NCBI GenBank assembly: GCA_964605525.1
Contig: CAZSCV010000006.1
Location: 434 to 64,433 of the forward strand
Length of the DNA: 64,000 bases
From: an uncultured Bdellovibrionales bacterium
GTDB taxonomy: Bacteria; Patescibacteriota; Minisyncoccia; Moranbacterales; UBA9337
Direction of reading: 5' to 3'
Part shown: piece after piece, positions 36,624 to 45,759 of the stretch
Layout: each line of letters opens with the position of its first letter
Position numbering within the stretch: position 1 is the first letter of the stretch
Notes under the pieces: model-generated
Seen by the model: only the letters and a program-made list of their open reading frames with translations
The model's database searches: none
Told to the model about the DNA's origin: nothing
Program-made: the position numbers and the translations under genes

Positions 36624-37793
36624 CTAACTTTTTCTTTCTGTTTCTAATTTTTTAATTAATTTCAAGAAGGATTCTGCCGTTTGCTTCCAATCAAATCTCA
36701 TTGCCTGGCGAAGCCCTTTTTGCCTGAGATTCTCCTGCAAATCACGACTAGCTAAAATTTCTCTCATCGCCAGGCATATTTCATCCGGCTTGTGCGGATC
36801 GATCATTATACCTCCTGATCCGATAATTTCCGGGAAAGAAGAATTATTAGAAACGATTACCGGCGTTCCGCATTTGGCAGCCTCCAAAGGAGGAAAACCA
36901 AATCCTTCAAAAAGCGATGGGTACACGAAAATCGAAGACAAATTGTACAATGCCGGCTTATCATCATCCTCAATAAATCCGGTTAAAATAATGTCTTTGC
37001 GAAATTTGGACATACGTATAGTTCTGAAAATATCTTTCGCTTTCCATCCCTCAACTCCCGCAATGACCAATTTGTATTCTCCGAACTTTTCCGCTGAATC
37101 CTCGCGAAGCTGATTATACGCCGTAACTATGGCTGAAATATTTTTTCTTGGCTCTATTGTTCCTAAAAAAAGAATAAATTTGAAGGGCAATTTGTATTTT
37201 TCCTTTACTTCGATCAACTTCCAATCATTACGATTCATTTGAAAAAACTTGTCTGAAACCGCACTGGGAATAATTTTTATTTTGTCTTTCTTGACTCCAT
37301 AAATCCCCCTTAAGTCTTCTTCTGTCGACTGGGAAATCGCCACTATTTGATTCGCTTCTTCTGCTATTGCGCGCAAATTGATAAACCCGTGCCACATTCT
37401 CCGCACGATAGAAAAAGTTTCAGGATAATATTCAAATGACAAATCATGCACAGTCAAAAGAGTTTTTGCTTTTTTGGAAACGGCGGAAAAAATCATATTT
37501 GGCATAAAAAAAATATCCACTCCGCCAAGAAAGCGATCAATTTTTGGCCACCGAAAATACCAAAGAAGAAAATTAATCAACTTATTCGGGAATCGAAAAA
37601 TTTCCAATCTTACGTTGGGATATTTTTTCGTCCAGCCAAAATCAACAACAGGCTTTTTCCAAGAATTGAAAAAAAGCACATATTTATTTTTTTTGTCCCG
37701 AGAAAACAGCTCCTCAAGAATCCGCATTGTATATTCTTCAACTCCGCTAACTCTCCCTCTGGAAAAACAGCGGGCATCAATTCCAATTTTCAT
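36624..37793 (-). CDS. Glycosyltransferase family 4
   Basis: MKIGIDAR, TVHDL, GTIEPRKN, YPSLFEGFGFPPLEA. Confidence 0.93.
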   Translation of the reverse strand: MKIGIDARCFSRGRVSGVEEYTMRILEELFSRDKKNKYVLFFNSWKKPVVDFGWTKKYPNVRLEIFRFPNKLINFLLWYFRWPKIDRFLGGVDIFFMPNMIFSAVSKKAKTLLTVHDLSFEYYPETFSIVRRMWHGFINLRAIAEEANQIVAISQSTEEDLRGIYGVKKDKIKIIPSAVSDKFFQMNRNDWKLIEVKEKYKLPFKFILFLGTIEPRKNISAIVTAYNQLREDSAEKFGEYKLVIAGVEGWKAKDIFRTIRMSKFRKDIILTGFIEDDDKPALYNLSSIFVYPSLFEGFGFPPLEAAKCGTPVIVSNNSSFPEIIGSGGIMIDPHKPDEICLAMREILASRDLQENLRQKGLRQAMRFDWKQTAESFLKLIKKLETERKS

Positions 37794-37810
37794 ATTGATA
37801 TTATAGCACA

Positions 37811-38401
37811 CTACCGCGCAAAATAATGCCGGACAAAAACCATCCAAAATCCAAAAAATGCTCCCAGCATAAACGCAGCGGCCATAATTTTATTAAAGTT
37901 GATCTTATCCGCTTCAATAAAAGGATAATTTCCCAAAACTTCAAACCAATTTTCGTTCTTTTGACTCAAATTCAGATTTCCTGTTTCTTTGGCAATCACA
38001 TTCACCAAGGATTGGGCTATTTTGCCAGAATCTTTCTGGTTAGGATTCACATACACGACTTGCACCAATTGAGCGGAAACTTTTCTGGCTTCATATCCAC
38101 TTGGGCAAGAAGTTGCTCCGGATGAGTTGCAAATTTCAGAAATTACTCGCGGGGAATTCAACCAGCCGACCACTGTTTCTGAAAAAATATCATCGGCTTG
38201 AAGGCGATAAAAATAATCATGCTCATTCTTTTCCTCCGCGGACGCAACTCCAGTCCGGCTAATATTTAAATCCATCGTTGATTTGTATTTTTCCGGAACA
38301 GTTCGATAAAAAATCGCTCCAGCCGTCCAAAAAACCAAAATTGTCATCAAAAAAATCCAAATATTTTTCTTAAAAATCGCAATATATTCTTTAAGTTCCA
38401 T
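37811..38401 (-). CDS. Wzz/CpsC-like chain-length determinant
   Basis: MELKEY..IFKKN.W start, two terminal TM helices. Confidence 0.7.
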   Translation of the reverse strand: MELKEYIAIFKKNIWIFLMTILVFWTAGAIFYRTVPEKYKSTMDLNISRTGVASAEEKNEHDYFYRLQADDIFSETVVGWLNSPRVISEICNSSGATSCPSGYEARKVSAQLVQVVYVNPNQKDSGKIAQSLVNVIAKETGNLNLSQKNENWFEVLGNYPFIEADKINFNKIMAAAFMLGAFFGFWMVFVRHYFAR

Positions 38402-38426
38402 GTTTTTATATATAATAAAAAATTAT

Positions 38427-39527
38427 TCAGTTATTAGCTCGCATCGCGCTTTCAACATATTCCTTGATTTTCTTTTTAAATATTTCCCGGTCGAATTTGA
38501 GAACTTTACTGCGGATATATTTTCCGTCAAACTTTTCACCTTTAAACCTTTCTATCGCCTCCATTATCGCTTCAGGAGTCTGCAGATTGAAAAATATTCC
38601 GCTTTTCCCCTCTTCCATATGTTCCGGAATATCTCCTCCGCGATAAGCAATGAGCGGTCTTCCTGATGCCATCGCTTCAATAGCCGTAATACCAAAATCC
38701 TCTTCTTGGGGAAAAATAAACGCTTGGCATTTTGAATAATGCTCCAATAATTCATCGTCCGAAAGCCTGCCTAAAAATTCAATATTACTATAACCATCAG
38801 ATATTTTTTTCAATCTTTCCGCGTCCGGTCCCCGACCGATAATTTTTAGCTCCAGTCCTAATTGTTTGAAAGCCTCAATGACAATGTCAAATCGCTTGTA
38901 TATCATCAATCTTCCGACCAATAAAAAATAATCCTCTGGCTTATCGCTCACATAAAAATTATTCACACTTACCGGAGGATTGATGACAATTGAATCTCTC
39001 TTGTAATATTTCTTGATTCTTTTGGAAATAAATTTTGAATTGGCAATAATCTTGTCCGGCCTTTCCGCACTCACCCTGTCCCAAATCCGGATATAATTCA
39101 TAAAAAAAGGCACCAGTTTTTTCACAAATCCCGGAAAATAAAAATCCTTTGTGTACTTTTGGCAATCATCCCAGGCAAAGCGCATTGGCGTATGCATATA
39201 ACAAATATGGAGTGTTTCCGGACCAGTAATAATTCCCTTGGCAAAGCTAGATGAATCGGAAAGAACCACATCATAATCAGAAAAATCAAATTGTTCAATT
39301 GCAATCGGCATCAAGGATGGAAACATTCGATGGCGAGTGAGCGCAAAGGGAATTTTCTGTAAAAAAGAAGTTCTAATATCTTTTTTTTCAAAATGCCCGT
39401 GCATAGAATTTTTGTCGTATGCAATCGTATAAATCGGCGCCTCGGGAAAAAGCTCGCAGAAACTTTCCAAGACTCTTTCCGCCCCTCCATATTGAACCAA
39501 ATAATCATGCACCAAAGCAATCCGCAT
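38427..39527 (-). CDS. Glycosyltransferase family 4
   Basis: ALVHDYL.QYGGAERV, HTPMR..WD, EEDFGI.AIEAMASG. Confidence 0.93.
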   Translation of the reverse strand: MRIALVHDYLVQYGGAERVLESFCELFPEAPIYTIAYDKNSMHGHFEKKDIRTSFLQKIPFALTRHRMFPSLMPIAIEQFDFSDYDVVLSDSSSFAKGIITGPETLHICYMHTPMRFAWDDCQKYTKDFYFPGFVKKLVPFFMNYIRIWDRVSAERPDKIIANSKFISKRIKKYYKRDSIVINPPVSVNNFYVSDKPEDYFLLVGRLMIYKRFDIVIEAFKQLGLELKIIGRGPDAERLKKISDGYSNIEFLGRLSDDELLEHYSKCQAFIFPQEEDFGITAIEAMASGRPLIAYRGGDIPEHMEEGKSGIFFNLQTPEAIMEAIERFKGEKFDGKYIRSKVLKFDREIFKKKIKEYVESAMRANN

Positions 39528-39619
39528 AAAAGTTCTTATTTATTTACAATATTTTGATTATACCAAAAAGCCGCCAATCTGGCGACTTTACAAAAAGATG
39601 AAATTATTACGAAATGCGC

Positions 39620-41053
39620 CTAGCTATTGTTTTTCCTTCTTCGCAGCAAAACACCGACCGTTTTGAGAATTATTTGAATATCCAACGCCAATGACCAGTT
39701 TTCGATATAAAACAAATCAAGCTTATATTCATCTTCAAAATCCAAATCACTGCGACCAGAAACTTGCGCCATTCCGGTTATTCCCGGCTTGATCGTGAGC
39801 AATCTTCGATGATATTCCATATATTTTTCCACTTCCCGTTTTTGATGCGGACGCGGTCCAACCAAACTCATCGAACCAAAAAGCACGTTAAAAAACTGCG
39901 GAAATTCATCAATGGAATATTTTTCAATGAAATTTCCCACTTTGGTTTTTCGCGGATCATTCTTAATTTTATACAAAGGCCCTTGGCGCACGCTTTTTTC
40001 AGCAATTAGCTGTCTTTCAAATTCCAGCGCTTTTTCAAAGTCCGGATTATCTTTTGAAATATTATATTCCCATTTCATATAACGAAATTTGTAAGCAAAA
40101 AATTTTCTTCCATCTGCCCCAATTCTTTCATTTTTGTAAATTACCGGTCCCTTCCGATCCTCTAATTTAATCAAAAGCGCGACAATCAACATAACCGGCG
40201 AAGTAAAAATAATAAAAATAATTGAAAAGATAATATCAAAAACTCTTTTGGCGATTCTTCCCCATCCATCCAGCGGAGTATTCATAACCTCAATTATCGG
40301 CTCTCCATTAAGTACGCCTACTTTGTATTTCGAAGTTTGCAAGGTAGTTGGAATAAATTTATAAGCAATATTATTAATAGCGCAAAAATCAATTAATTTT
40401 TCCAACTCATCATCCGGAATAGAAGGAGAACATAGGATTATTTCATCAACCCCTTTTTCTTTCCTAATCTGTTTGATCACCTTAAGCTGTGCCGTGTTGA
40501 TAATATCCACAATGCGATATCCGAGGTTGCGGTTTAATTTTATTGTCCGGCAAACCTCATCCACTTTTCCGTTATGTCCAATCAAAAGCACTCGATGGAT
40601 TCCAATTCCGCGGCTGCGCAAAAGCCAAAGCTGAATTTTGTGCAAAATATAACGAGCCAAAACAACATAAAAAACAGCGATAAACCATGCTGCTAAAATT
40701 ATAAAACGGGAAGAAAACCATTCCCTTTTGAGAAATATCGCGATAATTATAATCACTAAGCCAATTGAAGTGGCGGTAAAAACTTTGAAAGTTTCTTTCC
40801 AAAATTTACGCGTCACCCGAATATCATACAACCCCTCCAAAGCATAAATAACTAAGAAAAAAGGAGCTGCACTAAAAGCAAGTCGGATGTAATCTTGGAA
40901 ATGGACATCGTGGAATTCAAGTGGCTGGAGACTAAAAAATTTTGTCACTTCCGGATTTTCTCGAATAAAAAAAGCGGAGAGAGCCGCCAAAACTATCATT
41001 ACAAAATCAGCCGGAACTTGAATAGCGCTAAAGAATAATTCAGATCGTTTCAT
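39620..41053 (-). CDS. Priming undecaprenyl-phosphate glycosyl-phosphotransferase (WcaJ/WbaP-like)
   Basis: KRVFDI, YKFRYM, DPRKT.VG, SIDEFPQ..NVL.GSMSLVGPRP, KPGITG.AQVSGR. Confidence 0.93.
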   Translation of the reverse strand: MKRSELFFSAIQVPADFVMIVLAALSAFFIRENPEVTKFFSLQPLEFHDVHFQDYIRLAFSAAPFFLVIYALEGLYDIRVTRKFWKETFKVFTATSIGLVIIIIAIFLKREWFSSRFIILAAWFIAVFYVVLARYILHKIQLWLLRSRGIGIHRVLLIGHNGKVDEVCRTIKLNRNLGYRIVDIINTAQLKVIKQIRKEKGVDEIILCSPSIPDDELEKLIDFCAINNIAYKFIPTTLQTSKYKVGVLNGEPIIEVMNTPLDGWGRIAKRVFDIIFSIIFIIFTSPVMLIVALLIKLEDRKGPVIYKNERIGADGRKFFAYKFRYMKWEYNISKDNPDFEKALEFERQLIAEKSVRQGPLYKIKNDPRKTKVGNFIEKYSIDEFPQFFNVLFGSMSLVGPRPHQKREVEKYMEYHRRLLTIKPGITGMAQVSGRSDLDFEDEYKLDLFYIENWSLALDIQIILKTVGVLLRRRKNNS

Positions 41054-41106
41054 AATTATTTTTATTATACTACACAAACACTTGCAATAAAAATTCAACT
41101 TCGTAC

Positions 41107-41516
41107 CAAGGCAAATCTATAAGCCGGATTCTGTACTCCGACGCGAGGTCGGAGTGGCAATCATTTATCTAGCTCCGGCGTTACCGTCGGAGTCAAGCGG
41201 CACCCCCCGGCAAAATGCCGAGGTACGGCCTTGCATTCAAGTAAGGATTTAGCCGTTTCACCTCTTATATTACTATAAGAGCTTATCCCCCGTGAGGGGG
41301 ATATTTTATTTCTTTCGAAATAAAACGTCTCTGCTCGCACCTCTTGGGTTTCCCCATGACGGGCGTTACCTCCGACGATTTTTCAATGTCGGAGCTCCGC
41401 ACCCTTTAGAGCGTCGGAGCCGCTACCCTGCTCCCTGGTACAAAACCAGGGGAATGTCCGGACTTTCCTCTCCGCCGATGCAAAGCATCAGCAGAGCAAT
41501 TGCCCAATTTGCCTTG
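41107..41516 (-). ncRNA. rnpB: RNase P RNA
   Basis: P1 CAAGGCAAAT/ATTTGCCTTG, GAGGAAAGTCCGG, GGTGAAACGG, AGATAAATG, ACAGAATCCGGCTTA. Confidence 0.93.
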
Positions 41517-41562
41517 ATATAAAGCCAAATTTTCAATGTTATATCTACTACTACTCCAAACA

Positions 41563-41591
41563 ATATTAATACTTTTTTACCATTTTGTCAA
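41563..41591 (-). promoter_or_regulatory. sigma70-like promoter of rnpB
   Basis: TTGACA-N17-TAATAT on -. Confidence 0.65.
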
Positions 41592-41655
41592 TAAAAACGT
41601 AAAAAACCTTGCCAACAATAGTTAGCAAGGCTAAGAAAACCCGCTTAATATTATG

Positions 41656-41901
41656 CTAAGAGAAAAGAGATTTTAACCAAAAGTATAAACTCTTCCTTGA
41701 ATCACACATCAAGAACAAATATGCAAATATCGATATGGTTGCAAGTTGTCCGCATAAAGCATTCGCTTGCTCTTTCGGAATATAGTTGGCTAGAAAAAAA
41801 TAGCCGCCACACCAAAAGAAGCATTTTAAGAAAATAGTTACCCCAACAACATCAACAGCGTATACTGCGATAGCATCAGAATAAGGATCCCTATTTTTCA
41901 T
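41656..41901 (-). CDS. Small 2-TM hypothetical protein
   Basis: GAGGTG SD, hydrophobic 81 aa, hairpin at ~41607-41630 downstream. Confidence 0.55.
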   Translation of the reverse strand: MKNRDPYSDAIAVYAVDVVGVTIFLKCFFWCGGYFFLANYIPKEQANALCGQLATISIFAYLFLMCDSRKSLYFWLKSLFS

Positions 41902-41943
41902 ACCATCACCTCTCTCTTTTTTTATTTTTAAAAAACTATCTTC

Positions 41944-43086
41944 CTATCTCAATAAAGCTTCCAGTTCCTTTTCAGTTTTTGCGCGGATCTTCGCCTGTAT
42001 TTCATTAATTTCTTCATTGGTCAAAGTTCTTTCAGATGAACGATAGACGATACGGAAAGTGTAGCTTTTTTTATTTTTACCGAACTTTTCATCATTTTCA
42101 TATTCATCCAAAAGTTTCACCTCCTCGATCAGATTGTCTGCATAGTCTCGAACGATTTCATAATAATTATTAATATTTATATCTTTATCAATAATAAACG
42201 AGATATCCCTGATAGTTGCGGGAAATTTGCTAACCTCGGTGAATTTACTATTGATATCCTTGAATTGGCTTGTAATCCTTTCGTTATTCGACCAAAAAAT
42301 TCGAATATCCGGTATCTCGAATTTGACCATAGCCAATCTCTCTATTCCAAAGCCAAATGCCCAACCATTATAAACCTCCGGATCAATATTTAAATTTCTT
42401 AATACCTGAGGATGCACCAATCCAGAACCGACAACCTCGATCCAGTCATCATTAAACTTCATTTCAATTTGAACAGATGGATCGGTAAAAGGAAAAGCAT
42501 CAACTAAAAACCTATATTCTATATTTTCTCCGAAAATGCTTTTTGTCATCTCTATCTCTACTTCTTTCAAATCATCCAGCGTTATTATTTTTTTATCTTT
42601 CTTGCAGAGCAAAAGACCATCAATCTGATGGAATGCCGGAAAATGCTTCCTGTCTATCTCATCCTTTCTATAAACAAGACCTGGCGCAAGCGCCATAACC
42701 TCCCCATCTCGCTCGAGTTTTTCCAAAATTTCCTTGTTAGTCAAATAATATGACCACATCACTGTCATCTGGGTGCGCAAATGATTTGTATTATCTAAAA
42801 AGAAAGTGTCGGTTTCTTTACGTGAAGGATGATCTTTGGGAGAATTTAAGATATCAAACTCTCTTTCCACTGTTGTTATTTTGGGAATTTCAACGATATC
42901 AAAATTGGAAAATCTCGGAATATCCAAGATCTGATCAACTAAAATTTTTATGGGCGAGTTATCTTTTTTTGTCAGATCAGGCAAGGCTACAAATCTTTTT
43001 ATACGCTCAGCCTTAATATCGCTTCTTTTATTTACTTCTTCAATCAGAGCCTTTTCATTTGGATCCTCAATAACAATCTTTCGCAT
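41944..43086 (-). CDS. pheS: Single-chain phenylalanine-tRNA ligase (alpha catalytic domain + FDX-ACB anticodon-binding domain)
   Basis: HPSR..DTFF, YRKDEID..H.P.FHQIDG, FPFTDPS, GWAFGFGIERLAM, then SKFP..RDISF...YRSSERTLT. Confidence 0.9.
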   Translation of the reverse strand: MRKIVIEDPNEKALIEEVNKRSDIKAERIKRFVALPDLTKKDNSPIKILVDQILDIPRFSNFDIVEIPKITTVEREFDILNSPKDHPSRKETDTFFLDNTNHLRTQMTVMWSYYLTNKEILEKLERDGEVMALAPGLVYRKDEIDRKHFPAFHQIDGLLLCKKDKKIITLDDLKEVEIEMTKSIFGENIEYRFLVDAFPFTDPSVQIEMKFNDDWIEVVGSGLVHPQVLRNLNIDPEVYNGWAFGFGIERLAMVKFEIPDIRIFWSNNERITSQFKDINSKFTEVSKFPATIRDISFIIDKDININNYYEIVRDYADNLIEEVKLLDEYENDEKFGKNKKSYTFRIVYRSSERTLTNEEINEIQAKIRAKTEKELEALLR

Positions 43087-43107
43087 ATTTTTATTTACTT
43101 CACTGAG

Positions 43108-43533
43108 TTATTTATTTAAATTGATATATTTTGCAAATTTCATTCCAACTTCGGCGTTTTTATCCAGAATAAAAATTCCGGAATGATCATCCCCCAAACC
43201 TAACTCGTCCTTGGCGCACAACATCCCGAAAGATTTTTCTCCGCGAATCTGGGCTTCTCTTATCTCTAATCCATTTGGAAGTTTTGCGCCAACCAACGCA
43301 ACCGGAACCTTTTGTCCAACTTCGATATTTTTTGCGCCACACACGATTTGTAAAATTTCTCCGCCGACATCTGTTTTTGTAATTTGCAGCCTATCGGCAT
43401 TCGGATGTTTTTGGATTTCCAAAATTCTTCCCACCACAACATTTTCAAAACCAATCGCCGACTTTCCGGTTTCTTTTGCGACCAGTTTTTCACCGGACAA
43501 TATATTTTTAAGCCAATCAAATAAAAACTTCAT
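43108..43533 (-). CDS. Stand-alone tRNA-binding OB-fold protein (PheT B2-like)
   Basis: MKFLFDWLK start, VVGRI..HPNADRL, QIVCGA.N, IRGEKSFGMLC..ELG. Confidence 0.85.
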   Translation of the reverse strand: MKFLFDWLKNILSGEKLVAKETGKSAIGFENVVVGRILEIQKHPNADRLQITKTDVGGEILQIVCGAKNIEVGQKVPVALVGAKLPNGLEIREAQIRGEKSFGMLCAKDELGLGDDHSGIFILDKNAEVGMKFAKYINLNK

Positions 43534-43557
43534 ATGCATTATTCTATTATCCCGAAA

Positions 43558-43572
43558 TCCGCCCATGGCGGA
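43558..43572. repeat. 15-bp palindrome TCCGCCCATGGCGGA flanked by CCCGAAA direct repeats
   Basis: Same family as the inserts at 7199-7213 and 7361-7375. Confidence 0.7.
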
Positions 43573-43602
43573 TACCCGAAATTCAAAACTAAAATACTTA
43601 AT

Positions 43603-44808
43603 CTAAAAAACTATTTTTACAAAATCTTTTTTGCCAACTTTGATTATTTTTCCGGAAAAAGAAATATCTAAAACTTTATTCGGGTCTGTTATTTTTTCTC
43701 CATCAATCGAAACTCCGCCTTGTTCGATTTTCCGGCGCGCATCCCCCTTGCTTGTTGCCACATTTGCCAAAACCAAAAAATCAATCAGATTTATATCTCC
43801 TCTTGCTTTCACCTCTCGCACTTCCTCCGGAATTTCTTTTTTGGAAAAAGTGTTCACAAAATATTCTTCCGCCTCTTGGGCTTTTTCTTCCCCATGATAA
43901 ATTTTCACAATCTCATGCGCCAACCGCACCTTCGCATCCCGCGGATTTTCCAATTTCATCAATTCTTTGATTTCATCCAAAACAATTCTGGTGCAACCCA
44001 AAAGCAAGGGATGAATCATTCCATCCGGTTGCGACATAATCGCTCCAAACAAATCATTGGAATCCAAATCAAGAAAAATTCCGGTTCCATTGGATTTTGA
44101 CATCAACATTCCGGTTTTATCATCAGCAATCAATTTAGCAGAAATCACAAATTTATCTTTGTTTTTCAATTTTTGCATCAAGGTTCTTCCGGCCAACGCG
44201 TTGAAAATCTGATCAGTTCCACAAAGCTCCACATCCACATCCATTTCCACGCTGTCATATCCCTGCATCAAAGGATACAAAAATTCATGCAGATGAATCG
44301 GCTTTCCTTCTTTCATCCTGTTTTCAAACATATCCCGTTCAAGCATTTGCTGGACCGTAAAATTACTGGCGATATCAATCACCTGCTCGAAATTTAATTC
44401 AGAAAGCCACTCGGAATTATATTTTACTTTTACCGGATTATCTTTATCATCAAAAGAAAGAATGTTTTTCGTTTGCTCAAGCCAATTCTTGAAATTCTCC
44501 TCAACACCTTCTCGTGTCTGCCGCACCCTAGCCGCGCCTTTATCAGTCGGATCCCCAATCATTCCCGTAAAATCTCCGATAAGAAAAATCACTTCGTGTC
44601 CCAACTTTCGAAAATCTTCCAATATCATCAAATTTTGCGCATGCCCCAAATGAAGCGCTTTAGCAGTTGGATCGGCGCCGATATAAAATCGAAGATTTTC
44701 ACCAGAAAGCAACTTCTCTCGAAATTCTTTTTTAGTCGGCAAAAATTCCACCAAAACCCCGCGTTCCAAAATCTCATCCACCTTTTTTTCAAGTTCTTTT
44801 TTGTCCAT
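43603..44808 (-). CDS. tyrS: Tyrosine-tRNA ligase
   Basis: YIGADPT..LHLGH, YPLMQGYDS, GTDQ.FN, MSKS, C-terminal S4. Confidence 0.96.
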   Translation of the reverse strand: MDKKELEKKVDEILERGVLVEFLPTKKEFREKLLSGENLRFYIGADPTAKALHLGHAQNLMILEDFRKLGHEVIFLIGDFTGMIGDPTDKGAARVRQTREGVEENFKNWLEQTKNILSFDDKDNPVKVKYNSEWLSELNFEQVIDIASNFTVQQMLERDMFENRMKEGKPIHLHEFLYPLMQGYDSVEMDVDVELCGTDQIFNALAGRTLMQKLKNKDKFVISAKLIADDKTGMLMSKSNGTGIFLDLDSNDLFGAIMSQPDGMIHPLLLGCTRIVLDEIKELMKLENPRDAKVRLAHEIVKIYHGEEKAQEAEEYFVNTFSKKEIPEEVREVKARGDINLIDFLVLANVATSKGDARRKIEQGGVSIDGEKITDPNKVLDISFSGKIIKVGKKDFVKIVF

Positions 44809-44862
44809 AATAATTAAAGTTTATCCGATTACCGCCTCGCGGTCAAATGCCGACCTTTGAAA

Positions 44863-45294
44863 CTATTTAAAACAACTTGACTTCACATAACCCTTGTTTT
44901 CCGCTTCTTGCTCGCTAGAAAAACAAACCTTGTTTTCCTTTTTTATTTGGTCTGCCCAATGACAATTTGTCGCCGGATGATATTTGTCTGAATTCTTGCT
45001 TGCCACAAAAAGGCACTTTTCCAAGTTTTCATTTCCCGCGTCTTGCTGATTGTTATTCTCAATCTCCTTCGCGCCATCATTAATTTCCGAATCAGATTGT
45101 CCACTCGCCACTGCTACTGCCGGAACTTCGACAATCATCGGACTTTGCTGCCATTTCTGCCCCTGTAAAATACCCATCTCAAAAGCAATTACTGCCACCA
45201 AAATCATACCCAAAAAAATCACGATTTTTGATTCATATTTCGAAAAAATTTCTTTTATTCTCTTTTTCCATTTTTTCTCCGAAGTCATTGACAT
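44863..45294 (-). CDS. Membrane-anchored protein with Ada-type metal-binding-like C-terminal domain
   Basis: TM, then FVASKNSDKYH...C.W...I...N...FSS..EA..KGY. Confidence 0.7.
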   Translation of the reverse strand: MSMTSEKKWKKRIKEIFSKYESKIVIFLGMILVAVIAFEMGILQGQKWQQSPMIVEVPAVAVASGQSDSEINDGAKEIENNNQQDAGNENLEKCLFVASKNSDKYHPATNCHWADQIKKENKVCFSSEQEAENKGYVKSSCFK

Positions 45295-45377
45295 ATTTCC
45301 CTATTTTGTTATACTAAATTCCGTACCTGATCTTATTATACCAGATACGTAATACTTAATACATAACACCTAAAAAT

Positions 45378-45671
45378 ATGGCACATCGTAAAGCTGGTGG
45401 ATCTACCCAACTGGGACGCGATTCAATTTCCAAACGACTGGGAGTAAAACTTTTCGGAAGTCAAAAAGTGAAAGCTGGCAATATTATTATTCGCCAAAGA
45501 GGAACCAAATTTCATCCTGGAGAAAATGTAAAGAGATCAGAAGATGACACCTTGTTCGCCCTCAAAGATGGAATCATAGAATTCACCAAAAAGAAAATGA
45601 TGAGTTTTACCGGAAAATTGGAAAAAAGACGCTTCGTTCACGTAATAGAAGAAAAAGCAACAAAAAAATAA
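45378..45671 (+). CDS. rpmA: 50S ribosomal protein L27
   Basis: [31 protein letters not shown]. Confidence 0.97.
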   Translation: MAHRKAGGSTQLGRDSISKRLGVKLFGSQKVKAGNIIIRQRGTKFHPGENVKRSEDDTLFALKDGIIEFTKKKMMSFTGKLEKRRFVHVIEEKATKK

Positions 45672-45690
45672 TCTTTTCGAAAGTTTGATA

Positions 45691-45724
45691 AAAAAATTCC
45701 AGCCACTTGGCTGGAATTTTTTTT
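45691..45724. terminator. Bidirectional terminator between rpmA and pyrG
   Basis: AAAAAATTCCAGCCA-ct-TGGCTGGAATTTTTT. Confidence 0.85.
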
Positions 45725-45759
45725 ATCTGAATAGAAAATTCAGCTTTCCGAAAAAATTG

